Shown here one piece after another: positions 41,913-56,799 of a stretch of 64,000 nt of DNA. The notes beneath the pieces are model-generated. The model searched no databases. It was not told the DNA's origin and saw only the letters and a program-made list of their open reading frames with translations. Within the stretch, counting starts at the first letter, position 1. Each line of letters starts with the position of its first letter. Source of the DNA: the human T2T-CHM13v2.0 reference genome, Homo sapiens; the NCBI RefSeq assembly GCF_009914755.1, contig NC_060926.1; one strand, written 5' to 3'. The position numbers were made by a program, and so were the translations under genes.

Positions 41913-44755
41913 GTAAACAGAAATGTGTTTTTAAAAAGAATACTAGCTCTCTGTATCTTCTCCTTATATAATATGTATAATATGTGATTATTATATTTAT
42001 AATACACAGTATTATATATGTTATAATATGTGTTTAAAATATTTTTTCAGTGTGGTTTCAGTCTCAGATATAAATATGAAGGGGAGTTTCATCAAATAGC
42101 TGATGGAGAGTATTCCTTTCAGCTTCTTCCTTTATACTGTGTGAATTGTTTTCAATTTTGATTATGTTCAAGAAAGAGACAAATGTGTATCCTTTCCATT
42201 ACCCTGCTCACAGAAAAAAGAATAGAAATGAGAAAGAGAGGGAGTGAGAAGGAGGGAAGAAGGAAAGAATATATGTCATATATCTACTAAAATTAATGTT
42301 TTTAGACTTAAGTGCTTTAACTGAGGAATTCCAAGTATGGTTGGATGGGCTATTCGCTGCTGAGGAGCCTAGCTGAGAGGATGGATGGAGTCTAATTTCT
42401 AGTGTCTGTTCTATTCACTGAACCCTGTGCCTTGGGGCAGGGCTGGGACCTTAGGAGTTAGGGGACTTTTTCTAATTCTTGTAAAGGCATGGATGGACTA
42501 ACAGCAAGCCTTTGTTTACTTCTTGAATTTTCAGGCTCCTCTAAAGTTTTTCAGTGCTCAAGTTCTAGTTACTCCTGGTGATTGCATTGCTACCTTTACA
42601 TCTGAGTGGGGGTGTTTTTCAATAGTCAGTGTATATTTTGTAGATAAATAAGAAAGTTTTCATATTACATTTCAGATTCCATTCCATTTTAGATTTTTTG
42701 TTACTTTTTTTCCCCATAGTTTATTTGTTCAGTGAGCTCTGAAATAAAAGCGATTTAAAATGCAGATAAATTTACCACACATCAGTTTTTCAGACAGATA
42801 CTGTGTGATAAAGTATCTGAGTTGGAGAGTTAAGACTCTACCATACCGTTTAGTATGGGAACTGAGGCATGTGGTCAGGGAAGTCAAACAATGTAAGATT
42901 CCCCTGATGTCACTATAGGTAATACTTAATTAAGATTTCTTTCCTTGGCCATGGACTGTAGATTCTTTTGCTCTACTGTTCACAAATTTTGAGGACTACT
43001 GGTGTATGGATTGAACTGAGCTATTGCATTTTATTTTGTATCAAAAAAACTAATTTAATTTTAGTCTCATGTTGGGTAACAAGATATTTGTTGGGTTTAG
43101 CAGCCTTCCTGGTTGGAAAGAGGCCTACAGTCACAGAAAACAAGGATGAGCTGTTTTCTGACTCCTGAAGAACGGGCTTATTGTTTGTGGAAGGGCCACA
43201 TTACCTGTTCTGCCTGGTTCTCAGGATGCTGTAGATCTATGACTATTTGGGTTCCCCCAAATCACTGCCAGTAGATAAATTTGGAGGGAGTGTCATCTAC
43301 TAGCTTATGTGCTTGCTAGTGGTGCTGCTCCCGGCTGCTTACAAGACAGTGATCCTCAGCTGGCCTGACAATTCATTGTTGCCTCTCTGAGCAGCCTTTC
43401 ACAATAGGGAGGAATGTGAAGTTTTTGCTACAGAGATATCTTTCTCTCATTCCCCCAATAATGGAAGAACAGAAACATTGAAAAAATACTACTACTTTCT
43501 TATACAATAGTGTAGAGAAGCAAAGATAGGGCAAGCTCAGTAATAATAGAATAGATCACCTAATCTTACAGTGTTGGTTGATCATCCATTAGAAACCAAT
43601 GAGATGGTCCCACCAAAAGAATAAAGGCCAACTACACTAACTTAGAAAAGCCAATAGCTTCTTTCAAGGTATTTCCAAAAAGCATTTAGGAGAAAATAAA
43701 TTATAGTACCTATATTTAAACCTTTATTATTAGAATAATCAAAGTATTAGAAAATTAAGGAAAGAGACCAAGTAGAATCATTTTATGTGTAATTCATTAT
43801 CAACCACTGGGGAAAAAAATCAAATCAAGATTCAGAACCTATCAAGAAAGAAATTTGAAGAAAAATTTAGGATCATTATTTATATATATATATTCACCTT
43901 ATATACATATATCACATATACATGATTCAAAGCACTGCCTTCTTATTTTTTGATTTGTTCTTTCCAAGGAGAAATTTTGAAGAAAAAAGTTAAAGTCAAA
44001 CTTTTAAAATTGCTTTTGAATTTACAGATTTAGAAGATTTCAGTGTCTAAAATCTGTACTTTTTAAGCATAACATTTTATTTATAAGAAACAAAATCTGA
44101 ATGCTGGGAAGCTGGTATGGTGAGAAATTTTGTCCAAAAGAACAAGTATACATGGATATACTTATACTTGCACAGATGGTTATAAAAAGATTATATTGTG
44201 AAAGGCTAAGATTACAAAGAATGAGATGTTAGTGAACATAGACTTATTTGTGAAATTCTAATAAATTGGAACTTGAAGTTTGAAAAAAAATTTTAAAAAG
44301 CAAGTCTTTATAAATTCATACCATTTATATCTCAAATGATGGAGACACGATAGTGCTTAAGAGCATAGCCTTTCTGGTATAAAATAGAAATGGCTGTGTC
44401 TGACTCTGCTACTTAATTAGCAGCGTGACCTTGAACAAGACACTTGACCCCCTCTAGGCCTCATCGTTGGTAGGAAGGTTAAAGGGTAAGTGTTGCTTAG
44501 CATATTTCCTGGCTGGTATTAAATTCTTTTTGTTTTAGCTGTTATTATTCCTGTGACTGGCTTTATCTAAATGTTTTGGAGCTTTTAATTTCTGAATGAT
44601 AGATCTACAATTATTATTAACAACTACTAGCTGGTTTTGATTATGCTTTTATCTTAGAAATCAATGTGAAGGAAGGACAATCTTGTCCTTTCATAGTGTG
44701 CTCTTAGAAGCACATAGAAATTATTCTGTAGAAATTGAGGCAAATTTTTTTATAG

Positions 44756-45086
<331 letters not shown>

Positions 45087-46142
45087 CTGTTCTTCTTTTT
45101 TGAATTGTAGCTAAACTGCTACTTCTTCCTGTACAGGGGGCTTTTGTTAGTAATTTTTTAATACTTTGGGTTTGTTTTACTAGGTTTTTTAAACATTATC
45201 AGGGGCATTTATCCTTTTAAAGAGGAATCATATGGTGAGTTAAGAAAGGACTTGCATGAAGATTAGGCATGCTGCTTTCTAGCTAGATAATGTAAACTAC
45301 CTCCTCCCACACACAAAATACTGAATTTTGTCAGAAGCTTTGTACCTCTAGTATAGATCTATCCTCTTATTTCCATTCCACAGAGTATTCAGGACCTTAT
45401 GTGAGTGATGCTGTTGTCTTTTTGCATAAATATGTAGCTCAGTGCCTACTGTTTAAAAGAAGATTTAGGTTCAAAAAAGTTTTGTCATGGTAACCTATTA
45501 GTAGTTCAGTTAACTTAAAAAAATCGAATTAATCTTGTGAAATCAGGGTATCTAGAAAGATCACCTAAAATATTTAGCAGCTTATATTTGAGGGGCCTAT
45601 AAGTTTGGAATTGAACTTGCTGTTAATTATTGTTGTTGTTTTAAGAAGATAATGATAGTTGACATGTAAATTATTACCAGAATGACTTTAGTTTCTTTAG
45701 TTTTGGTGATTATTTTTCAACTTTTTTTTTTCACATCTCAGAAAGTGTTTTGTACAACTTAGATATACTGACCACCATAACAGGTCATGAAATTAAACTT
45801 CAAGGAAGCGCCTTTCTCCTCTTCATCACTGTATGCTCTTCTCTTGGCTCCTTATTTCCTAACCATTCCTCCTTAATTCCTAACCGTAATTCCTACCTAC
45901 CTTAATTAAGGTAGGAATTGGCCTACCTTAATTCCTAACCATTCCTCCACCTCTTTTCCTTTTCTCTACCTTCTTTCCTTTTACCTGAACTGAGTGTGAT
46001 TAGATATTTAGCTCTTCTTCTAGTAACATTCCGCAAGTAGCTTTCTTTGTAGACACCTTCAGAAAGCTGAAACTGTCCCTGATAACCGAATAGATCAGGA
46101 TAAACATTATCTAAGCCAAGCTATAAACAAAAATGTAAAGCC

Positions 46143-48188
46143 TTTTTTTTTTTAACTTTTATTTTAGATTCAGTGGTACATGTGCAAGGTTTGTTATATA
46201 GGTAAACTCATGTCATGGGGGTTTGTTGTACAGATTATTTCATCACCCAGTGTATTAGTCCATTTTCACACTGCGATAAAGAACTTCCCTGAGACTGGGG
46301 TAATTTATAAAGGAAAGAGGTTTAATTGACTCACAGTTCCACATGGCTGGGGAGGCCTCAGAAAACTTACAATCATGAGAGAAGAGGAAGCAATTGCCTT
46401 CTTCACAAGGAGGCAGGAGAGAGAGAGAGCAAAGGAGGAACTTCCAGACGCTTATAAAACCATCAGATCTCTTGAGAACTCACCATCACGAGAACAGCAT
46501 GGGGGGAGCTGCCCCCATGATCCATTCACCTCTCTCCCTCAACACATGTGGATTACAGGTCCCTCCCTCGACATGTGGGGATTACAGTTTGAGATGAGAT
46601 TTGGGTGGCAACACAGAGCCAAACCATATCAACCAAGGTACTAAGGCTAGCACCCAATAGTTATTTTTTCTGATCCTCTTACTCCTGCCAGCCTCCACCC
46701 TCAATTAGGCCCCAGTGTCTGTTCTTCCCCTCTTTGTGTCTATGAGTTCTCATCATTTAGCTCACACTCATAAGTGAGAACATGCAGTGTTTGGTTTTCT
46801 GTTCCTGCGTTAGTTTGCTAAGGATGATGGCCTCCATTTCCATCCATGTTCCTGCAGAGGACATGGTCTCATTCTTTTTATGGCTGTTATAGTATTCCAT
46901 GGTGTGTATGTACTACATTTTCTTTATCCAGTCTGCCTTGATGGTCATTGAGGTTGACTCCATGTCTTTGCTATTGTGAATACTGTGGCAATGAACATAC
47001 ACTTGCATCTGTCTTTATGGTGGAATGATTTATATTCCTTTGGGTATATATCCAGTAATGAGATATTTGGGTTAAATAGTAGTTCTGTTTAGCTCTTTGA
47101 GGAATTACCACACTGCTTTCCACAATGGTTGAACTAATTTACACTCCCACCAACAGTGTATAAGCATTCCCGTTTGCCCACAGCCTTGCCAGCATCTGTT
47201 ATTTTTTGATGTTTTAATGATAGCTATTCTGACTGGTGTGAGATAGTATCTCATTGTGGTTTTGATGTGCATTTCTCTAATAATCAGTGATATTGAGCTT
47301 TTTTTCACATGCTTGTTGGCCATATGTGTGTCTTCTTTTGAAAAGTGTCTGTTGATGTCCTTTGCCCACTTTTTAATGGGGTTGTTTTTTCCTTGTAAAT
47401 TTGTTTAAGTTCCTTATGAATACTGGATATTAGACTTTTGTCAGATGCATGGTTTGCAAATATTTTCTCCGATTCTGTAGGTTGCCTGTTTACTCTCTTG
47501 ACAGTTTCTTTTGCTGTGCAGATGATCTTATATTTAGGTCCCATTTGTCAATTTTTGCTTTTGTTTTGATCACTTTTGGCATCTTCATCATGAAATCTTT
47601 GCCCATTCCTATGTCCAGAGTGGTATTGCCTAAGTTGTCTTCCAAAGTTTTTTATAGTTTTGGGTTTTACATTTAAGTCTTTAATCCATCTTGAGTTGAT
47701 TTTTGTATATGGTGTAAGAAAGAGGTCCAGTTTTAATCTTCTGCATATGGCTATCCAGTTATCACAGCACCATTTATTGACTAGGGAGTCCTTTCCCCAT
47801 TGCTTGTTTTTGTCAGCTTTGTCAAAGATCAGATGGCTGTAGGTGTGCCGCCCTATTTCTAGGCTCGGTATTCTATTTTGGTACCATACTGTTTTTGTTA
47901 CTGTACCCCTGTAATATAGTTTGAAGTTAGATAAAATGATGCCCCCAGCTTTGTTCTTTTTGCTTAGGATCGCCTTGGCTATTTGGGCTCTTTTTTGGTT
48001 CCATATGAATTTTGAAATAATTTCTTCCAGTTCTGTGAAAAATGTCATTGGTAGTTTGATAGGAATAGCATTGAATCTGTAAATTGCTTTGGGCAGTATG
48101 GCCATTTTAATGATATTTATTCCTCCTATTCATGAGCATGGGATGTTTTTCTATGTGTTTGTGTCATCTCTGATTTCTTTGAGTAGTG
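46143..48188 (-). mobile_element. 5'-truncated L1PA (about 1.65 kb) with a nested LTR
   Basis: Poly-T at 46143; ORF2 relic [27 protein letters not shown] (47548-48105). Confidence 0.93.
46251..46631. mobile_element. Complete solo MaLR LTR, THE1D-like (381 bp), inside the L1 3'UTR
   Basis: Termini TGTATTAGTCC...AAACCATATCA; L1 sequence resumes either side (acccag / accaag). Confidence 0.9.
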
Positions 48189-48199
48189 TTAACGAATCC

Positions 48200-48473
48200 T
48201 TTTTTTTTTTGAGATGGAGTCTCACTCTGTCACCCAGGCTGGAGTGCAGTGGTGCAATCTTGGCTCACTGCAAGCTCCGCCTCCCAGGCTCCCAAGTAGC
48301 TGGGACAACTACTTGGTAGGTGCCCACCACCACACCTGGCTAATTTTCTGTAATTTTAGTAGAGACAGGGTTTCACTGTGTTAGCCAGGATGGTCTCGAT
48401 CTCTGACCTCATGATCTGCCCGCCTCAGCCTCCCAAAGTGCTGGGATTACAGGCGTGAGCCGCCACGCCTGGC
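48200..48473 (-). mobile_element. AluY-like, internally deleted
   Basis: Dimer; TSD ac(g/a)aatcc. Confidence 0.9.
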
Positions 48474-49156
48474 ACAAATCCATTTTTTTATCATAGGGTC
48501 TATTTACTTTAGTTGGAGAGTTTTCCTAATAATTAGACAACTTAATCCATTTATTCAGTACATGAGAAGAGAGCTCTAAAAATGAATGGATATGCTAATT
48601 TTTACATTCATTTTTCTTTTTTTCCTCCCTTTCCTTCCACTCTTTAGCCTATATATGCTCCAAAAGTGGAGGGGAGGACCTTGGACAGAAATCCTATATA
48701 ACTAAACCAGACATGCATATAAAAATGTTATTCATAGCTCTTCATTTTCCACATTGTTCCCCCAACAGAATAGAAACTTCATTTCCTTTTGAAAATAGTC
48801 ATATATGTTTGTTGTAACTGGGGACTTGAAATGATTCTTTCTATTAAAATCACTACTGATATTTGAATCAAGTATCAAGGTATCTTATGTATTTTATTTT
48901 GAAATTTTAAAGTATAAATGACTTTAGAGATAAGGTAGTAGATTCTTTTATTTTAAAAAATGAGACAATGAGCATCAAAGATTAACCCAAACCTTAGAAC
49001 TTGCTAATAGCAGAACCCAGGACTTCTTACTCCAGTATAGGTTTGTTTCCATGATTTCCTCTAACACTTAATAAAGGATGAGATGGAAAAAAGGAAGGAG
49101 GGTCATTGGAGAGTTTAAGGTAGGAAAACGTTTGGGAACAGTAAAAAAGCAGCCTT

Positions 49157-49435
49157 GGCCAGGCGTGGTGGCTCACACCTGTAATCTCAGCATTTTGGGA
49201 GGCCGAGATGGGTGGATCATGAGGTCAGGAGTACGAGACCAGCCTGGCCAACATGGTGAAACCCTGTCTGTACTAAAAATAAAAAATTAGCCCAGCGTGG
49301 TGGCACACACCTATAATCCCAGCTACTCAGGAGACTGAGGCAGGAGAATCACTTTAATCCAGGAGGCGCAGGTTGTGGTGAGCCGAGATCACACCATTGC
49401 ACTCCAGCATGGGTGACAAAGTGAGATTCCATCTC

Positions 49436-49464
<29 letters not shown>
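49157..49464 (+). mobile_element. AluS
   Basis: Dimer with a long poly-A tail. Confidence 0.93.
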
Positions 49465-49468
<4 letters not shown>

Positions 49469-50266
49469 GTGTTAAAAACCCTCTGATCATCTCATGACCA
49501 CGTGATTTAAACATGACACTGTGACTGGGAAATTATGAGCTACCACACGTGGTTTTTACTTGAAATAGATACCTTTTCAACAACTGAATTCATTTTTCCT
49601 ATACTGGATCAGGTAACATTTATTTTTTAGCAGTCTTTTTTTACATAATAATATTGATTATCCACTATATCCAAGGTATTGTAGCATATGAACTGTGCTA
49701 GTTAAGTAAAATAAAGCAAAAGGAAAAAATGGTTATGAGAAATTGAGATTGCGCTATATTCTTAATACTTTTTTTGAGTGACAGACTCTGAGAAAATTGA
49801 AATCTTCTTCCCCAGAAAGGTGCACATCCACACAAAAGCCAACCTTAAGAATCCGTGATTGCCAAGTTAAAACCCCACTTACCAATGTACCTGTGGTTTT
49901 GAATCATTTTTTCATTGTCAAAGTATAACTGGAAACCAACTGAAAAACTCATTAACTGCTGTAAAATTCTGAGCAAAATGGCTAGTAAGTTTTAATTTTT
50001 AATTTTTGCCTTTGATTATAGTATTTGAGGGGAAGATCATATGTATTTTCTTGGAAATGTTACAGTTTTCTAATTGGTAGACATTTAGATTTGCTAGGGA
50101 GATAAGTATTCTATTGCCTCAGGATAATGTTAGATCTGAAGAGGTCAGTCTGTCTTTTAATCTGAGTATCTAATTAAGCAGATGGCTTAAAGTACATCTT
50201 TTGTATCTTCAGAGTTTGTGCTTTTTCACCATATTCGCAAGCACATAATCAATTTTTCTTCCTCAG

Positions 50267-50446
50267 TAAATGGAGTTCCTTGGCCTCAAGAGGCAACACG
50301 ACGAAATAGCCATACCTTTAACTGCAGGATGCTAATTCACCCTCCAGATGAGCCAGGGACCGAGAACCAAGAAGCTTGCCAGCGTTATGAAGTAATGCAG
50401 TGTTTCACTGTGTCACAGCCAAAATCAATTCAAGAGGATGGAGAAG
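50267..50446 (+). CDS. NCOA1: NCOA1 coding exon 5 ([23 protein letters not shown]...IQEDGE)
   Basis: Acceptor cttcctcag|; donor AAG|GTAAAG; 180 nt; SHTFNCRML p160 motif. Confidence 0.98.
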
Positions 50447-51595
50447 GTAAAGCCAAACGGTCTTTTTAAAGTGTTTATTTCTTCTGTGACTTTAAGGAAA
50501 AGAGAGGAAATTAATTATAAACTGCCTTTTTCAGATAGTATTTTTGGTTACTATAATATGTATCATAGTGGCTATTCCATTTGCTATATATTCTTAATAC
50601 TTAAAAAACAATAATTACTAACATCTAGAATCATTCCTTTAATATGCCCCCCAGATTCTCAGTTTTAAGCTGGCATTCCCACTAAAATGTCAAATAATTC
50701 AAACCAACTTGCTGTCTAGAAATAAGAGATGTAACTAACTGCTGCCAGTTGGAAATGTACCAGATGCAGCAGACTGTTGAACAGCTCTGATTTTTAGAAA
50801 GTTTCAAGTTTAGAGTGTAGGGAACATTGGAGAATAGAGTTGGCATTTTTCAGGCTATACAAGGTAATTTATAAGGAGAAAACTTAAGAACAGATGGAAA
50901 CATGCTGAAGCTCTAATATGAACATGGTGTCAACATGGAATTAGTTAAATATGTGACAGTGGATGAGTTTTCCATGTAAACTTAGACTGGGCTAAGTTTA
51001 GAAAATCACAAATTGGGAACTGGAGTAAGGACAAGGGAAGGTAGTAGACAAGAAGTCAGTCAGATGCAAGAAAGCCATGTATGTAGCAGGTCTCACCAGG
51101 AAACGGAGGTAACAATCAACTGGAGACTTTTTACAAAATACACATGCCAAATCTTACTTGATTAAAGTTCATTTTTAGCTGTGTGATATTGTGTTTAACA
51201 TCCTCAAAACAAAACTTGGGAATGGGACTTTGAAAAAATTGTATATCCTAAAAACATGAAGTCATCTGTCAAGAGCAAAATAGTGCTTCAGAGTTAAAGG
51301 TTGTTTTTCTCATATAATTATCTACACTGTGGTTATAAGAATAATCTTTTTAGCCATTAAGTACTGGTGAATATAAGAAATTGACTACAAAACTGTATTT
51401 TAAAAAACACTGTGCCACTTATATCTAACCAAAACTACTACTTGTAGTTGTTATCATCCAGTACATGAGATGCATCTCTCTCCTCTGGTATATATAAGAG
51501 CATTCAATAGGAAGGAATGGTTTATGCCAACTAACTCTCTACCTGGAGCTGTCAGTTTTTGGTTGCCAGCAATTTTATTTCTAATACACTATTAG

Positions 51596-51938
<343 letters not shown>

Positions 51939-52037
51939 CAACATGTATTGTTTTTATGAAAACCATTAATGGCGAGTGATAGATATAAACCATTTTCTAC
52001 TCTCTATCCTTCAATTTCCCCGTCTTGTTTTGGGCAG

Positions 52038-52133
52038 ATTTCCAGTCATGTCTGATTTGTATTGCACGGCGATTACCTCGGCCTCCAGCTATTACGGGTG
52101 TAGAATCCTTTATGACCAAGCAAGATACTACAG
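52038..52133 (+). CDS. NCOA1: NCOA1 coding exon 6 (DFQSCLICIARRLPRPPAITGVESFMTKQDTT)
   Basis: Acceptor ttttgggcag|; donor CAG|GTACTA; 96 nt, phase 1-1. Confidence 0.97.
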
Positions 52134-55100
52134 GTACTAATTGTAAAGTTCAGAATGTTCCATAGGTATTAATAATGTGACTCTGCCCTTAAAACTAATT
52201 ATATCCAGAATGTCTTTCTGTTCTATGAGATTTAGGCTTTGCTCCCTAGTCTTATACAGAAAACATTTTAAATGGTGCTCTTGAGATTATACAATTTAGA
52301 TACTATGATCATTATCATGGTCAGGGTGCTGGGGAACACTTTTTATAACTTTATATACCTATATTTGTTTGATTACAAATTATTTTTCAAATCATGGAAT
52401 AAAATGTTTAAAGAAATTGAGAAGATATAGATATGTAAATATGTAGATATACATACATTTATTTAAATAGATATGAATATGGTAGTTTTACTATTATGCT
52501 TAAACGTATCTGGCTATTTTTTTTTTAATTCTTTTTCTTTAAATTTATTTAGCACATACCGATTGAGTCCCTAGAAGTGCCTGTCATTAGGTGATTCCTC
52601 AAGATGTATATGGTTGAACAAAAATGATTCAGTGACAAATTGTGTTATTTTTGATGATGGAAGTTATGAGATGGTATAAGGGAGGATATATGAAATTAGT
52701 TGGTCAGCAAAGGCCTGTCTGAGGAGCTGATACTGAGCCCCAAAGGATGAAGTGGTGCCCACTACTTAAAGTATGGGTCTTGGAAGGGGGGCAGCAAGAA
52801 AGGGTCTTGATGCAGAACGAGTACTCCTAATTGAGGAACCAGAGCTGCAGAAGTCTAAAGATAAGCAAGACAGAGAGGTAAGTTAGAAGTACTAGAAGGA
52901 GGGCAGGAGAGCCTCAAACTGAGTAACAGACTGCCTATAAATAAGGCATTCTTCTTAAAGGCCTACTTCAGATTTTATTTTCAGCAAGAACAAGTTGTTA
53001 CTGTTCTTTATAGTTGATGAAGTATTTTTCTTATATTATTTGATTTTATCTTTACACTAACATGTTGTATGTTCATGCTTTTACGACAACCAGAGTTACA
53101 TATATATCACTTACCTCTCTAATTTTAAAATAGAGATAAATATTAAAGGTATATTTTCTAGCAGACTAAGATTTTAAAAATAATTTCTTCTGAATTTTAT
53201 GCTTTGTGAAAGTTTAGTTTTAGTGTACATTTTGACTTTTACCACCTTTTTATAAGATCCTATTTCATTATGTATTAATTTTTTAGTGCCAATAATCTAA
53301 TATTCTAATGTTGTATACTTTGTGCTTGTGTTTTTAGAGATAAACTTCCAACTGCTCTTACTAAAGAACTAGTATGGATAAATTAGCACAGATAATAGAA
53401 AATGGTAAAGAGAATGTCTCTGAGCATGGAGAGATGGCATCTAAGGATAGTAATTATCAATTATCATAGCCTTCTTCATTCTGTTTTTGAGTCTACCATG
53501 TATTATGTTCCTTTCCAGTCTCTACCATGAACAACACTGGAAAAATTTAATAAACGTACTATGGATATGTAGGTTTGTCCAAAAACAAAAATTTATTTAA
53601 ATTTTTTTAAAATTTTTTTTTAATTATTGAAAATTGAAAGTATTTTGCATGAAGGAAAAATAGAGTCCATTGAAAAAGAAAATTGGTCTTTTCTGTCAGT
53701 AACCAGTTAACATAAAAAGAAACCAAATAAGGGCTTTGTGAGATAGCAGAATGAAAACATGTTGAAAAAGGTTATTGTCAGGTCACAGAAAAAATGTCAG
53801 AGATGGGGGAGGCCTAAAAGTTATGAGGCTAATTTAGGAACAATATGTTTCAGCTTTTCCTCATATTGCATTTGTATAAATTGAATTCTAAATTGGATTG
53901 CTTTGAGGACTGTATTTTCCCATAAGAACAGTGTTATCCCTGGTAGTTTTGTTTCTAAGAACCCAGCTGTTAAAATTTTAGATATACCTGGTAATATGTA
54001 TAAATATATAAAAATAACCATAATCATGTAAAATAAAAAATTAGCCTCTGGGCCATAAAATAACTATATATATAGAGAGAGAGAGGGAACCTCCAATATC
54101 ACAGAATCCAACCTAGATTTACAAATGAGGGGATGGTGATTTGATCAAAACCATACAGCCCTTTGCCGAGAATGGACACCTTTAGGCCCTAATGTGGAGC
54201 CCTTTCTTGTATTACATTACTTTTCACTAAAGCACTATTAAAAGGGCATCACTATACTGTACACAGTTATTGTACAAAGATACCAAGGAAATATAAAATA
54301 TGCTTAAAATGTAAAACTAACATTATATAAATCATAGAATTGACTTAGCTAAAAAGAATAAGTATAATAAATGTTAAACATTTAATTTCTTAAGTTTTTG
54401 TAGTACTTTTTAACTCTTCATGGGATGATCCATATCTCTTAAAAAAAGAAAAAAGTATTTTACTAGGAAATGTTGAACAGTGGGGCTTTTTATTGTTGTT
54501 TAGTTGGTTGGTTAAACTTTCCTGTAGTAGGCAGAGTATTCTAAATCAAGCTGTTCATGATTCTTCACTAAGATAGTCATTATATTACCCATCTGGTACC
54601 ATTGCTGATAACTTAATCACTTTCTCTCCTGCCAGTCCCCAAACTCTAAACTCTCATGCTCTCTGGTGGGGCCAACCCTGACATGAACACACACATGCAT
54701 ATGCCTCCCTTAGTCACTGCCTGTGAGGAGCATTATTGTATAGGAAGATTATGTAGCAGTGGAATCCCTGCTATAACCAACTTTTTATCTCTGACATAAG
54801 AAACAAGGGTTGAACAATTAAAATTCTTAAAAATCTAAAATCTTTTATAGTTTCAGTTACAGTGTTCACCAGGCTTTCCCCAAACTGTTCTTAAATGACA
54901 AAATTTCCTTGAGTTTCAGTTTATTTTCTTTCTACTATTTACATTTATGCCAAGACTTAGGTGATAACCTGATCAAGTAGGACTGGGTACATCAGATTCA
55001 AGACCCGAAGTTAAAAAGGTCTAATGAATATTTTATTTCTAAACAAAATGAGATATATAAAGAGGGGATTAGTTCAATGAGGAGGCACAAACTGGATGAT

Positions 55101-55189
55101 AGATTTGAGTTGATTGTATGAAGAAGGGGAAGATGGGGAAAATATTTAATCAGGCATTCATAGAAGAGGAAACATTAGTGGTGAACTCT

Positions 55190-55740
55190 AATAATTGGGA
55201 AATAAAAATTTAGACCACAATGAGATAGCATTTTTCACCTACTAATTTGAAAACATAAAGAAGCCTGACAACACAAGTGATGAAAGGATGTTAGATTAGC
55301 ACTAACTCTTACACATTGCTGGTGGAAGCATAGAGTGGTACAAGTTTCAGGAAGACAGTTTAAAATTAATATTATAAAGTTGAACATTCACATAACCTAC
55401 AATCTAACAATTCTGTTCCTACATATATACACTAGAGAAGTTCTCACATGCATGTACCATGCAACACGTGAAAGATGTTCATAGCAGTGCTGATTGTAAT
55501 GGCAAAAAACCGATAACAGTCTAGATGCCCATTCACAGGAGAATTTAAAGATGGGGGTGGTGACAAGGGAGGAGAGCACATGTGATGGAGCAATATTGGT
55601 AACGTCAAGTTCTGAAGTTGAGTGGTGGGTTGGCAGGTTTTTATCTCATTAATTCTTAATTTATATATATATATTCTATATATATCTTGTATTATTTTGT
55701 GTGACTGTAAGATTCTGTAAAACGTAATAAAACAGGTCTT
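55190..55740 (+). mobile_element. L1ME 3' fragment
   Basis: accacaatgagatagcatttttcacc...cattgctggtggaag...gatgttcatagcag. Confidence 0.6.
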
Positions 55741-56442
55741 AATATTCACAAACTGGATTAATTGGCCCTCTGTTAACTGAGGAATAACTTACCTGAATTC
55801 TCTCATAGCCATTTGGAAATTTGTTTAAATATGATAACAATGGCGAATCACCACTAAATTTTATAAAGCGTATGTTCCGTGTGCATACTGCCTAGCAAAT
55901 CTTAATGTTCTCACTTACTGTTTTTCTGATTTAACTTTTGTTGTCTTCAGTCTTTGTTTAGTCTTAAATACAGTATTGCCTACAGCCCAACAAAGGTTAG
56001 AAAGGAAAAGGCTTGCTTCTTTTCTCATATTCTCTTCACTTAGTAGTTAGAAATTAATTTAAACCAAAAAATATACTTCATCTTTGCCTCTCCTTTCCAA
56101 TCGGTCATCAGTATACAGAGAGCAGAATCCAAAGACCAAGCCAGAAGAGTTTGAACTGCATTAGTCTCAGTAGTGTCAGGTCATTATGGTATGACTTTAA
56201 TCCTAGACCAGAATTGAATTTTAGAATATGACATACTAGGACATAACACATTCTAAGACCAAAACAATTTCTTATGTCAATAACATACTTCATAACTATA
56301 ATAAAAATTAATAGTGCTTTTTGATGCTTTTGTTTATTGAGTATTTGGAAAGAATATTTCTTAGATGCAGTTGTTAGTTTTGAAATACAGATGATTTATA
56401 TAAAGAGGCTGTTATAAATATAAACTTTCATTCTTTGTACAG

Positions 56443-56583
56443 GTAAAATCATCTCTATTGATACTAGTTCCCTGAGAGCTGCTGGCAGAACTGGTTGGGA
56501 AGATTTAGTGAGGAAGTGCATTTATGCTTTTTTCCAACCTCAGGGCAGAGAACCATCTTATGCCAGACAGCTGTTCCAAGAAG
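56443..56583 (+). CDS. NCOA1: NCOA1 coding exon 7, PAS-B (GKIISIDTSSLRAAGRTGWEDLVRKC...RQLFQE)
   Basis: Acceptor ttctttgtacag|; donor AAG|GTAAAA; 141 nt, phase 1-1. Confidence 0.97.
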
Positions 56584-56799
56584 GTAAAATTTTCTCTCTC
56601 AATTATTTTCATTAACCCTTATCTTTACTGATATTTGAATAGTTCGTATAGAACTTATGGCTTGATAAGTATTTTCTCCAAATTATAGTTTTTGCAATAA
56701 TCAGTTTTAGGAAAGGAAGAAATGGGTAAGCAAAGTAATTCATGAGTGGATCCTGAAATTTGGGATACACGTTCTGAAGAATAGGATGTTGTGTGGTGG

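Noticed and set aside
47548-48105. 185-aa minus-strand ORF, the longest in the track
   Set aside because: Frameshifted relic of L1 ORF2 in a 5'-truncated element, not a host gene.
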